From assembly GCA_051294905.1 (NCBI GenBank), contig CM119371.1, positions 23,686,001 to 23,750,000 of the forward strand: DNA of 64,000 nt, read 5' to 3'. Origin of the DNA: Botryllus schlosseri. Taxonomy: Eukaryota. The position numbers and the translations under genes are program-made. The notes below the pieces were generated by a model. It saw nothing but the letters and a program-made list of their open reading frames with translations, was not told the origin of the DNA and did no database searches. This document shows, piece by piece, positions 1 through 12,670 of this stretch. Numbering within the stretch: the first letter of the stretch is position 1; each line of letters opens with the position of its first letter.

Positions 1-125
1 GTGACTTGACTTGACTTGACTCGAGTCACCTCCAAAAATCGATTGACTTGACTTGACTCGAGTCAAAATGAGCAATGACTCGAAATGACTCGTGACTCGA
101 AGGTAGTGACTTGATCCCAACACTG
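1..125. mobile_element. End of a GACTCGAGTC-rich MITE (terminus ...ATCCCAACACTG)
   Basis: Dense TGACT/GACTCGAGTC motifs ending in GATCCCAACACTG. The same terminus occurs at 17090-17101, and a reverse-complement match to 1-60 lies at ~13688-13790. Confidence 0.55.
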
Positions 126-1141
126 ATACGGAGTAACCAGTATGATTTCACGAAGTATCGGTGAATATAATTTAGGTAGAGGGTTGGCGTTGCTCCGTTC
201 ACACCACATTGCCGCCATTCGTCCATATCAAATAATTCATCACAGTATATATGGCTCATCATAACGTTTGAAACTGATGTTTCGCAATCTAGCATTTACT
301 TATCATATCGTAATCTAGCATGTCCATTGTCCATGGCGTGTCCAAATCCCGAAAAGTGGACTCTGATATTTTTTTAGTTTCAGAGCTATTTAGCATACCA
401 CCTTTGAAACTTTCTGGACTAAAAACATGAAATACATGTTCTGCTTTCAGAAGTAGTATTTATATTTCACTTTCAATTCCCAGTATCATATACTTTGAGT
501 TATAATTATTATCAGTTCTTTTGTCTGGATAACATACATGTTTAAGTATAAACGCAAGTGTAGTAATCCCTTTAATTTCTGGAAATAAAGCTACACAATA
601 TGGCATTTTTACGGTCCACCATTTTTTTTATTTACGTTTACTAATCGCGCAAAGTGTTTACACCGTATTCCATACAACTTCTCCGTATTGCTCTTCGACT
701 AAACTACAGGCCTTGTAGTATGGGGAGCGGCGTCATATCATGCTATTTTCTAAAACGTGCTGCTCGAGAAAACAGTGCATTAGCATCACATTTTCATATC
801 AATACTATCATTTTCATCCCATGATGTGGACGAATACTTATGCTATCGAAAATTGGATACCTGTTGGTATGCATCAATATGAATCAAGCTCGTCACCTTT
901 CGCATAGCTCAATTTGCACCTTTTTACAATCCATGTGAACGAATTAGGATCGTTTTCATAACTACTTACTTACTTGAGTACTTTTAAAGTCAGTAAATTC
1001 TACTTCTACTTCAAGTAGTTTTAGGTTGCTCATGGAAGAAGTACTTCTACTCGTACTTGAGTAGATTTTTTTCGTCGCTACTTCTACTTCTACTTGAGTA
1101 GATTTCTTGACTACTTGGATTTCTTGACCACCTCTGGTAGT

Positions 1142-2035
1142 CAGACATGTACATCAACCTACTTATTTAGTTACTAAAACTATGTAGTTCTAGTTGTGGA
1201 TTTGAAAAAGTGAATGGTTTCTGGTTCTAGTTGCGAATATTTGAAAATGAGTAGTTCTAGTTCTAATAGCAGATTTTGAAAAGTTGATGTTCTAGTTCAG
1301 GGCCGGCCAACCCGTGGCCCGCGAGTTAATTTCCGAAATTAGTAGTATTATCAAAAATGGATTGCACAGATCGTGAACTTGCAAGGCCAATCAAAAATTT
1401 GATTAGTCTGGCCGCAGCACTTGAGATGTGATGACTAAAATATTAGTTCCGACCCAGTGGTAGGTCTATGAGCCAGTCACATTTTGGTAGATCTTCATAC
1501 ACTACAATAAAGCAGAATACTTTGCGATAGATAAATCAAAAGTAAAAATTTTCTACACGCTTGGCGCAATATCTTGTCACTCGATTTCTTGCTTTTAATA
1601 TTGTTACCCCTTTGTGAAAATGAAAGAACGCCTAATCTATCAGATTGAGTCTAACTATATATATATTCGCGACCTCACGTTTTCGCTCGCAGAATGACCG
1701 TCGACTATGAAACCTAGGCACAAAATGATTGCCGCATGTTGGACGAAGCTTTCGATATCGATATGTCCAGGTGCCGAATAGTCCAGTCCTTGCAAACTGA
1801 GCCCAGCAATATACAGCAGGCTAGCAATATAGTCAAGTGACAATATTATGAATTTATCAACTTCAAAAAATTTTCGTGCTTCGCGCGGCTAGTGGCCGGC
1901 AGAATAGTTCGTCAATCGAATGTGTTGATTTGGCTGAAAAGGTTGGCCACCGCTGTTCTAGTTGCTAGTTTGAAAAATTGAGTAGTTCTTGTTGAAGTTG
2001 CGCATTTTGAAATTCCAGTACTTTGTACAAGTCTG
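1142..2035. mobile_element. MITE with CAGAC(A/T)TGTACA termini and GTTCTAGTT-rich interior; hosts the 1298-1955 element
   Basis: CAGACATGTACA at 1142 and TGTACAAGTCTG at 2024-2035 are inverted. Internal repeats resume on both sides of the nested insert. Confidence 0.55.
1298..1955. mobile_element. Non-autonomous hAT-type MITE
   Basis: TIRs CAGGGCCGGCCAAC / GGTTGGCCACCGCTG with a perfect 8-bp TSD TTCTAGTT (1290-1297, 1956-1963). Related sequence at ~15290-15976 and ~16166-16430. Confidence 0.8.
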
Positions 2036-2112
2036 AGTGTTGTGGGTGGATAAAAAATTACCACAGCAACATTTGTACCAAACATGCATTTGCTGCATTC
2101 GAGTTTTTTCAG

Positions 2113-2600
2113 GATGACTTCATGATTGGGAGCCAGAGAGTTCCGTACTAGCCTACATAACTGATGACGCAGCCTATCCCTTTCAGCCCCGGCTCATGCT
2201 GGAGCCTTTTCCCTGAAACACAAACAGAGTATAAGCTAAAGCTAATTTCAAACATGTAATATAAATTTCCTTTCTGCTGCCCTTAAAATTCACAATTGCT
2301 TTTTCAGAAACTTGGCAAAGCACACATGAAGGTTGAAAGATTTTGGTCGACTGAAGGCGCGGTGTTCAGCTTTTCTCATAAACTGCAATCCGCTAAGGCC
2401 AGAATGATACAGAGGATGGTATACGCAATGAAGACAAGACCTGGTGGTGATCCAAGTATCGCTGGCCCTGACGTCGGAAATGCCCTGTGTGACTTTCTCA
2501 ATAAACAATGCTCTTGCTTAACCAGATGTGTTTGTGCTGTTTCATTTTATTCATGAGAGAAACTATAACTTGATGCACAATTGCACAGTTCCGCCTTTTC
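2113..2600 (+). pseudogene. Decayed PIF/Harbinger (DDE_Tnp_4-like) transposase fragment
   Basis: Manual translation gives ...VPY/AYITDDAAYPFQPRLMLEPFP* and then KLGKAHMKVER/FGRLKAR. These match the Harbinger motifs GDxAYPLxxWLMxPF and SxARxxVExxFGxLKxR. Stops, frameshifts and TTTTCAG acceptors are present. Confidence 0.6.
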
Positions 2601-3226
2601 ACCTTTTTCATCAGTTTCCTCCATCTAGACCTGCGGAAAGATCAAATTAAGTTATCTTGCCTAACCTTGCATAACAAAGGAATGACTTGGTTGTAACAAG
2701 AAAATGAAGGCATAGGTGAAAACCAAATTATGGCTTGGATGATGTACGATGGCTTACCAGCCCGTTGGTACAATTTGAATTTTGGTTAGTGAGTCAGAGC
2801 TAAGGACATCATTCTATGCTGTGCTGCCACTATCAAAGCAGATGTTACTAAATCCCCTTTTCAGTAGGCGTATATGACGGTCACTAACCTACACACAGCA
2901 TATCCGTGGTTAGAAACTTGCCTTTGATGTAACAAATTTGGTAAGGGTTAAGATCACCTACCAAATTAGTGTTGAAGTGCTAACGTTTTCAGGCAACTCA
3001 CCCAATGCTGCATCATTTGGAGATGGTGTTCTACCTTTTTAGCCGTGCTCTGTTTACAAAACCACAGAAAAAAGAAGCTGACTAGTAGTCAGTGACTACG
3101 TATTGTGAGCATACAGAATATAAATCCAAGAATAATGCATTCCCAACACCATTACCAAGAAGATCAAAATGCCGCAGGTATCTGACCACGAAATACCAGC
3201 AGCCTGAATGAACAGCGCGTTACGGT

Positions 3227-3740
3227 TAGGGCTGGGCAAAGTCGAGTACCTGAGTGATTCGATTCTGAATCACGTAATATGCTTCGAGTCGAGTCGAGTA
3301 ATCGAGTATCACTCATTATGACGTCATAACAAAATGTAATACGTCAAAGTTCAAATATGTACCATTTATGCCACCACAAAGAATATAATGCCTGTTATCC
3401 TACTTATAAATGATACTTTGGTATTTTTCGACCATACCGATTTCATTCCACTTGGTGACAATGTTGTGGGATAATCATGACTTCGGAAATGTGCTACGTC
3501 CAGTAACCTTCGTAGCTTTGTACGATATGTTTCATGCTACGATACCGCCAATCAAGGTTTCAAGGCTTCAACAGTGGATGATAGTATCGAAATTATAATT
3601 CTAGATGATAAATTAACTTTCAGTGGCGATAAGCGTATAATTTCAGTACTCGAAAAAATCGACTTTTGCTACTCGACTCGAATCATTAAAATTAGTACTC
3701 GATTCAGATTCGAGTACTCGAATCATTGTGCCCAGCCCTA
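3227..3740. mobile_element. hAT-type MITE
   Basis: TIRs TAGGGCTGGGCA / TGCCCAGCCCTA with a perfect TSD GTTACGGT (3219-3226, 3741-3748). Confidence 0.85.
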
Positions 3741-4936
3741 GTTACGGTAACTAAAAGATTGATTGACAGCGTTCCGGGAACCCAGCTGCGCCATTCGTGT
3801 TCATACTCAGTCGGTCCCGTAAAAATCTCCGAAAATATGAGCGTTCATACCGCCCCGAATCACCAGTGTTATGTTCACATAGAGGGGTTCCGGTAAACAT
3901 TTTCGAGAAATGTTATTCCCGGAACCCCGGTATGAAAAGGGCCTTACTTTCGTGCGCGCTTGCTCCAGAGCTGCTCAGATGGCCTGGCTGCGTCACAATA
4001 CCAAACTCCGTTACAATGCAACATTCGAGACTTATTTTTTTTCCAGAACCACGAGCAGAATAAAATTTATATTTTCGCAACAAGCAGCGCGGTATCTTTC
4101 GATTGACACCCGTTTTATCAAATTTAATGCTCGGCAAGTCGGTCAAAAACTACAGTCAAAATGCCTTTGACCAGATTAAAGTGTGACTTAGGCCAATTTC
4201 ATGGAGCCGCGAGATTTGCTTGTGTCCACACCAGACATAGGGTGATTACTTCACGAATGTAATCGATTGCGATTACGATTATTTGTGAATCCCACGATTA
4301 CGATTACGATTACGATTACAGCAAAATCAGGAAGTAGTCGATTACGACTACGATTACATTTTAAAAGTAATCACGATTACTCACGATTATATTTGTTTTG
4401 CTTCTTAGAACTAATTTCATAAGAGATATTGGAAGACAATATAAGGCTTCCGATGAAAAGGTCTAATGAATAACAACTTTCTTTATAAATCATACGTTAT
4501 TTGCTTGTTGCGTCATAATGCACCCATTGCCCAACTCTATGCAGGACTATTCGTCGCACCTAACGATTTGCATTCCTGCCAGGTCCGTAACTGAAACCCT
4601 CCAAACTCCCCAGGACCGGGAGCGAGCTCTATTGGGACTCAAAAGTATTTCGTAAATCAACATAAATTATTATAGAGTATTTTCAAGAGAGTCAATAACT
4701 TGAAAATTTTCGTCGAGCTTCGGGATTCAATTTCTTTAAATAGCTTGATTTTGAAATGCATACCTCTCCCCCTCAAGAAAATAAAGCATGCCTAATTTGT
4801 AGGAATAGGCATTTCGGTGGCGGTCATTGCCCCGCCACGACACACCAAAAGAAGTATGCAATTTTGACCAACATTCAACTCCACACAGTGTGCTACCAAA
4901 GAATGACCTTGGCTAAAACTTTGGGTATGTGTCCAT

Positions 4937-6515
4937 TAGGGTTGTCCAACATTCCATAGATTATTGATAAAAAATAACAATGAGCCCAAAAGAAGCTCAC
5001 GGGAAAGCCGTTAAGATTTCGGCCAAAGCGTTTTAAAGTAGCTGCCCAAGAATGGGCGTGCCACCGACCATAGCACGGCGAGATGACTAGTAATCAAATA
5101 ACCACGGCTCCTGATTGGCTAATTGGCTATGCTTCAATGATCACCTCAGCAACAACTTGCTGATTATGTGCTCACCTCAAGGAGTCTGCTACCCGTGGGG
5201 ATTCTGAAATCGCGTTGTTGGTAGGTTGGCAGATGATGATTTAAGATTAATTCAGGACATGTTAAGGTACGAAATACATGATGAACAATCAACAGCTGCT
5301 TCACAAAAACATCTACAGCATGACTGCTTTATTGTGAAGGAAACGGCTGTAGCCTACATGCCGTGTTTTCATCGAGGGAAAGCAAAGACGCTTATGCAAG
5401 TAGTGAACGAATTCCCCGTTTCAGAAGGGATCCATCATCAGTGAATACAAATATAAAGCTTGACCATGACACTATACTTTGTGTGAGCTTATTGGACTCA
5501 AGTTGTAGTATATAGTTGATATTTTGAATGCTCTAGGGATTGACTGAATCAGCCGGTTGTGCTTGGCAGTTATACTTACAGCAAATTGAATTCACATGTA
5601 AGTGTTGTCAAAGTCCTTAATGATGCTGCAGAAAAGAGGTGTAAAGTAAGCACAATGCTGGATATCATGTCCAAACTATGCTGGATACTATGCAGTATAG
5701 TCTGTGATTATCTTTACACCTATTTTCTGCGGGATCAATAGGGACTTTGACATACCACATTGGGTATAGCCTGTGCGAGTGTGCGTTATCATTAGGGACT
5801 TTAGCAACACTTACAATTGAATTCAATTTACTGTAAGCATCTGATGAGTGCCAAGCATAACCCGCTGATTCAGCCGATTCCAATATCATTCAAAACGTCA
5901 CCTATATATTACAGCTTGAGCCTAATAAGATCACACAAATTACGGTATCGTGTCATTGTTAAGCTTTATATTTGTGTTCACTGATGATGGATCCTTTCCA
6001 AACGGGGAATTCGTTTACCGCTTGCATAAGCGCCTTTGCTTTCCCTCGATGAAAACACGGCATGTAGGCTACAGCCGTTTCCTTCCAATAAAGCAGTCAT
6101 GCTGTAGAAGTTTTTGTGAAGCAGCTGTTGATTGTTCATCATGTATTTCGTACCTTAACATGTCCTGAATTAATCTTAAATCATCATCTGCCAACCTACC
6201 AACAACGCGATTTCAGAATCCCACCGTTAGCAGACTCCTTGAGCACATAATCAGAAAGCTGTTGCTGTGGTGATCATTGCAGCATAGCCAATTAGCCAAT
6301 CAAGGGCCGTGGTTATTTGATTACTAGTCTTCTCGTCGTTCTATGGTCGGTGGCACGCCCATTCTTGGGCAGCTACTTTCAAACGCTTTGGCCGAAATCT
6401 TAATGGCTTTCCCGTGAGCTTCTTTCAGGCTCATTGTTATTTTTTATCAATAATCTATGGAATGAGACACAATCACGGGGTATTTTTAAGATTTTCCAAA
6501 TTTTGGACAACCCTA
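4937..6515. mobile_element. Foldback hAT (hATm-like) element with ~675-bp inverted arms carrying a transposase remnant
   Basis: TIR TAGGGTTGTCCAA / TTGGACAACCCTA with TSD GTGTCCAT (4929-4936, 6516-6523). Arms ~4951-5625 and ~5787-6463 are reverse complements. ORF pieces DDLRLIQDMLRY and VKVLNDAAE resemble hATm-type NDL.../VVNDAAER motifs. Confidence 0.8.
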
Positions 6516-6904
6516 GTGTCCATTGCCAGTCGCCGCGCTCTGTGGGCGTGACGAATAGTCCGGTCCTTCCAATCTGAGCCCCAACAATGCAAATGCCACC
6601 CGAGGCACTCACAGATGAATAAAGACATGACAGTTTGTGTGTGCGTCTCATGAAAGTTTTTTTAGTCAGCTACGTTTGGGCGACTGCAGTATCTTTTGAT
6701 TATATAAAAGACGGGTGGCCACGAATTAATAACATACAACAAAGTAATTATTATAACAACAAGCCAGATGCAATAATTATGAATTGCGTGCCCCCAGCTC
6801 TGTCGATAAAAATGAATGAATAGCAATATTATGCAATTACCAATATTATTGACGACGGCATGGCATCAACTTGAAAACTGACCACCCTATGGGGCTCCAA
6901 TACC

Positions 6905-7439
6905 CAGGGTTGTAATGCCTCGAGTCCGACTCGAGTTGCGATTTGTTGGTGACTAGACTTAACTCGAGTCATTTTTTCAAATGCGTAAATTGACTCGACT
7001 CGATTTTGCATGACTCGAACCAAGTCATATGACTCGAGACTCGAACGACCAAGAAATACATTCCATGTAACTTCAAAGAATAGTAAAGTTACCGCATTAT
7101 TTGTATTTTGTCTATCAGTCCAGATACTTGGAAATAGGGCCGTAAACTGTGAAAACTGATGAAAATCACAATCTTATGAATACGAGCCATTCTATTTCAC
7201 TCGAGCAGAGTTGAAAAAAGTGGGTTGAACCGGATTGATATGAAACTGATCTGTGAACATTACGACTTAGACTCGTACTCGAGTCAAACACTATGACTCG
7301 GACTCGACTCTAAACTAGATGACTTGGACTCGGACTTGACACGGGGGTGAATTGAAAATGACTCGAATTGACTCGAGTCAAAACTACAAAAGTGAGATTG
7401 ACTTGTGACTCGGAACATTTTGACTTGGTTACAACCCTT
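6905..7439. mobile_element. hAT-type MITE with GACTCGAGTC-rich subtermini
   Basis: CAGGGTTGTAA / TTACAACCCTT termini with TSD CCAATACC (6897-6904, 7440-7447). Confidence 0.8.
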
Positions 7440-8852
7440 CCAATACCAACGTTTGGAGTGGGGGACGAATTGCTGTTTTGGTCCTGATTGTACCTACAGC
7501 CCACGCTAACATGGTGTATCAGCGAATGGCTATGGCGACAGTTGAAATGTCGAGTGAAGAATTGTGAAATAACGATTGGCGCCCGTTTCAAGTAGAGTCA
7601 TATGAGAATAAAATAAAGTGAACTTGCTATTCTACCTTTCACTTAATACATATACTGCAAGCTGCCGTTACGAGAAACGGGAAAGAACGGCTTGGTTATG
7701 ATATTATCAGCAGCTGTTTATTTAAACCATCGTAATGTTCTATTTAACGAGTACAAAATTTCAAATCTTTGTCCGGTGTACGTACAATACATAGGCTACG
7801 TATACTACATAGATAGGCCTACTGCTCGCCAAGCAGCAACGGCCAAACTGCGTTTAACTAAGCATAACCAAACATCAATAGCCTACATATGTTACTATTT
7901 GAAACTATAGGCAGAGTGGTGATTATTATCTTGCTGCGAGGTTGTGGCGTCTGGAGTGTATTGATAACCTGATATACAGCATGGCTTACATTTCTCTAAC
8001 AATCACACAACAATGTACATCAAATATATATTTACTACGCGTGGATACTTCTTACGCAAGGACGAGCAAAGCTAATACTTCTGACGTAATAATGAGCAGT
8101 GGCGTTTGAAAATCAACCGTTTGCGCTATTAATAACCTGGTATAATATCTATTCTTGTTCACGAATGTTCGGTTATGTCATATTCATTGTACAAATAAAA
8201 AGTAATCGTTCTTTCACAAAGAAATCGATTAGATATGGGAAGTAGTCGATTACGATTACGATTACTTTGGATTTTTTTGGAATGTAATCGATTGCGATTA
8301 CGATTACTTGAAAATGCTGTAATCGTCGTAATCGATTACGATTACTAATCGCGATTACCCCATGTCTGGTCCACACCATATAGGACACTATGATCAGAGT
8401 GAAGCTGTTCTCAAATCCACAACATATCCTCGCCATTATCGGCGAGAAATGGCTTTGAAGTGACATTGCTGTCGTTAAAATACATTCAATAAAAACGATT
8501 TATTCCTTGTATATGTGGATAAATGGGCAAATAATGTATCGATTCAGCAATCCGGCCCGCCAAGTACTGAATTTTCCTATATCCGGCCCGCCGACTGGAG
8601 AAGTTGCCAGCCCCTGGCCTATGTGGTATCTATATGTTATAATTAATATATATCAAGTGCAACAACAGTTCTACTCAAATAGTTATAAATGTGATGATTC
8701 TTTTCTTGCCAGGCCTAAATTTATACAAGTGTGAATCACATTTTGACGATGTGTGTTTACTGATGGTCTGCTGGATCGGCTCACTTTCAATAGGACAATT
8801 CACTCCCGCCAAATAAGGCATACTTGAAAAGACATAGAATATCCCTATATAA

Positions 8853-9532
8853 TAGGCTTACCATATTTCGGAAATGAAAAAAGAGGACACTTTTTCAGAA
8901 ATTTCAGACAAGCAAAACTGGAGAAGAATTCTCAAAAACAGGTAAATTTCACCCGCTTCATGATCGGTTGACTAAAAAAAAAAAAAAAAAAAAGGTCTTC
9001 ACTTCCGCTCAGATCTCAAAATAACGTTTTTTACTCTACATTGCCAGGTGGATGACTAAAAAAAATAAAAAAAGGTCATCACTTCCGCTCAGAGCTCAAA
9101 AACACGTTTTTCACTCCACATTGCTAGGTGGATGACTAAAAAAAAAAAAAAGGTCATCACTTCCGCTCAGAGCTCAAAAACACGTTTTTCACTCCACATT
9201 GCTAGGTGGATGACTAAAAAAAAAAAAAAGGTCATCACTTCTGCTCAGAGCTCAAAAACACGTTTTTCACTCCACATTGCTAGGTGGATGACTAAAAAAA
9301 AAAAAAAAAAAAAAAAAGGTCTTCACTTCGCTCAGAGCTGAAATCACCGCTTTTTCCTCCGAAATACCCGCCGGAGCTTCACTTCTGCGCTAATTTCCTC
9401 TATATCTGACCTAAATTTTCAAAAAAGAGGACAAAATCTAAAAAAAAGAGGACAAAAGGGCGTCCTCCGAGGACACTTTCAAAAAAGTCAAAAAAGAGGA
9501 CAAATCCTCAAAGAGGACGTATGGTAAGCCTA
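8853..9532. mobile_element. hAT-type MITE with an internal tandem array
   Basis: TIR TAGGCTTACCATA / TATGGTAAGCCTA with TSD CTATATAA (8845-8852, 9533-9540). A partial inverted copy starts at 49629 and a related fragment lies at ~27410-27750. Confidence 0.85.
8968..9340 (+). repeat. Tandem array of ~78-85-bp units with variable poly-A tract
   Basis: About 4.5 copies of GACT(A)nGGTC(A/T)TCACTTCCGCTCAGAGCTCAAAAACACGTTTTTCACTCCACATTGCTAGGTGGAT. Confidence 0.9.
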
Positions 9533-11932
9533 CTATATAAATGCTGCGGCCAGTGGCGTCGTCAAAACTGGAAAACTGGCCCGCGAGTACACTTGAGTTT
9601 GAGACCTCTGTCCTAGACCGTGGTGTAAGCCTACTTCAGCACTACGGTACTGGGGACTTCTATCTTACAGGGGCGTTATATCTCAAATTATATGAAGAGG
9701 AGATCAGTCAAAAAAGTTGGCGAACGTCTGATCAATTGTATTCGAGATCTTGCGCCTACAGTAATATTATGCTGGTTAACGGGAGATCGTAAGATGTCAA
9801 GTGAATAAATCGTTGGAAATGTACTCTGCTGTCAAATTGTACATCATAAAGTCCGGATTGACATGATCCGTTTACGCTGACCCACTGCGATTATGTCCAT
9901 AATGTAATCTGATAATGATGATTCTGGAGCAAACATGTATACTTAGGTATTTGACTCGATAATATTTAGTTACTCACTCCCTCTCAATCGCCGTTAGTGA
10001 CGTAGAAATCAATATTTGGAAGTGTTAACCATTGAGTCCATTGTTATTTGAAGTATACGCTTGATTCAATCGCCGTAACTATTCTTTCGATAGTAAGTGT
10101 GTAAATACTGTGGTATTTGTATTTCGTGAAAGGCTTAAAGTCTAGCGCAGTTTTAAACTGACATGTCCTCCTACTAATATATGCTAATGGTGAATCTCTC
10201 TTCAGGCAATCAATTTACGGAGAATTACATGTATAGAAGTTTAGACGGAGGATACGTACTAAAGATATGTGATATAGATAAAAGCATACTATATCTAGGT
10301 AAAGCGATTCTGTATATAGGATTGTAGAGGTACGAACAGATGATAGAATTCACTATCGTAAAAATTCCAGGACACTATTGTGCAGTCCTTCTACTTTCGA
10401 GATAAACCCTCTTGTTATTCAGCATTGAGTCAAATTTTTATAAGTCAGGGGCTTCCAAAGGAGGGGTCGCGATCCCAATGGAGTCGTGGTCTAGTCTCGG
10501 CCCAGCAAACACAGAACCGTAAAAAAACCTTTCGGGATGGTTTCGAATGGTTATTTTAGGGTTTCGATTTTTATGTTTCAGAGGTATGTTTAAAATACGT
10601 AGGAAAAATGATCTTGAGGATCAAATTATTCTGTATGAATTCCAATTTGGTGGTAAGTATTCTGATGTGGGAAGCTATTTGGAGCCTGTAGATACCGTTG
10701 CGTTTTGATAGAGTGCTGCCATCAGTATAAATTCGTGTTACTTGGTCGAAAACCTTATTTTCTGATTTACCGTCATCATTATATACAGCCTATATTCATT
10801 GTCTCGTGAGTCTCGTCTGTTTCGCTAGCTGAGCATGAATTCCAGTTTTATTCCGAGTAAATATAACTAAATAAGTCGAATGGGTGCACTTAACTATACG
10901 TGGTTATCCGAGCGTGACTTCTAGATTATTCTGGAAATTTGAACCGCGCTTCGCGCTTCGTTCGCGGGATGACTGTTTCGTAATGTGGTTGTAGTTGTGT
11001 ATGTTAAATTCTGGAAGCTGGAATTGCGACTGGTACCGGATGTGGGTAAAAACTAGGTGTACGGTACATAGTTGAGCGAGTAATATGCTATTTTGAAGGA
11101 ATACCCTGTAGTTTATGACTCCGAGACCTGTTTGACTTGCTGCAAACAGTTCGAAAATTACGTCTATTTCGGTGGCTGTAATAATAATAATACAAGCATT
11201 TTCAGCTATTTATAACATTATAATGTAGCATGTTATCAGGGACAATCACCGTACCGGACTGCATACTATATGAGTTGCTCAATGGCTTGGTCGTCTGCAG
11301 TTATCCACGTAAGTTTCTAAAATTATGCTTATATGAGTCATTTTCGTATCATATTATGATAACATACCGTAACATGTAGGAGATTATATGACACGGCCTA
11401 CTGGGTATAATCTTAGCGCTGGCGACCAGCTGTACCAACTACTTTTTCACTGATTCCTAAAATACTAATTAAAATCTCGTCCGGGCACTGAAACCCCCTA
11501 AAATCTCCCACAAAGTTGGAAATTTTCATTTTACTGAGCAATAGGGGCGCCCGAGCTGAATGCCGATTAACATTTGGTACGCACGGTACCGATTGTGACG
11601 CCATGCCATTGAGCGTCTCGGCAAAGTCAAGCCGTGCTCCCGGTGAGGCCGTGACCCTCTGAGTATGTTGCTAGAGATTGATGTGATGCCAATATACGTC
11701 CTATTCGAGTAGTTTTAGTATTTCGCGTCGTAGCGCATTTACAAATTTGAGAATACAAATGATAGCACTGAAGCCAACGCATATTGTAGAATTTACTATC
11801 AACATCAACGTGTACTTATTTGAAGCTAGCTGGCCAATTTACAAAACAATTATATAGTTCCATTCGGGTCTTGATGGTTCCTAAATTTTATTTGAATTGG
11901 CAATATTGGAACGTAGTTTTAGGTGTTGCAAC

Positions 11933-12106
11933 CAATGTTCCCTGTAAGCTGCTCAAGTGTGCAATTGCGACATGCTGACACCGTATCTGGGCACAGAAAA
12001 TTTAAGCTGCGCACAAAACATCAAAGTGATGACCTTTTTTTAGTCGCTACGCACTGTTGTCCAAGTTGATTGCGTGCAGACTCTTGAAAAATTGGAGGGA
12101 ACATTG
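11933..12106. mobile_element. Short hAT-type MITE (CAATGTTCCCT termini)
   Basis: TIR CAATGTTCCCT / AGGGAACATTG with TSD GTTGCAAC/GTTGCAGC. Same family as 29560-29752. Confidence 0.75.
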
Positions 12107-12399
12107 GTTGCAGCTACTTTGAGTTGGTTGCATCGCATCAATCGTTGTAAACGCGAATACGTCCTAAAATGCAAGTAGCCTACTTTCATATTTTTTGTCG
12201 CGCATATAAAAATTTGGACAAATAGAAATGAGAACACACCAGTTATTCTCTGCGATTAACCGACTGATTAACAAAACGGCTCATTCTCATAATTCATTCA
12301 GCTAAGTCCTAAACGGCATCCCAACCAAACCAAAAATGGCATAAACAGTGGTGTGTGATCTAAGTGGTTTTTGGCCGCCATGTTTTGATCGGCGTCGCA

Positions 12400-12670
12400 G
12401 ATATCGCAAATGTATGATTTCAAACTGCCGAACATCCCAATTATAGGTACAATTTATCTATCTATGATGCACTATAAACACTGTTTCGTTAATTAGCCTG
12501 TTATGCGCAGAGAACACCTAGTGTGTTATCGCACTGGTGTCTCATTCACATTAGAACTATGTTATAATATTGTCAGTTCCGATGAAATTTATGACCCACA
12601 AAGAGCCGAATGGATTCATCTGCTACGTGCAAGGAAGTACGCATCTATATCGAATTCCGCAGTGATATGC
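12400..12670 (+). pseudogene. Possible decayed, spliced THAP-domain remnant (transposon-associated)
   Basis: Pieces RKCMISNCRT, TGVSF and DPQRAEWIHLLR...NSAVIC follow the order of the THAP consensus (CxxxxC...SFHxFP...W...C..H). Splice-like sites flank the last piece. Confidence 0.3.

Larger units (their letters stand above)
4232..8368. mobile_element. hAT-type MITE (GATTAC-repeat subtermini) enlarged by nested insertions
   Basis: TIRs CAGACATAGGGT / ACCCCATGTCTG with TSD GTCCACAC (4224-4231, 8369-8376). It splits the terminus of a copy of the 57238 MITE family (...GTGTCCACAC|CATATAGGACACTATG). Confidence 0.85.

Noticed and set aside
8968..9340. CRISPR-like repeat array
   Set aside because: Units repeat in full with no unique spacers, lie inside a MITE, and there are no cas genes in this eukaryotic context.
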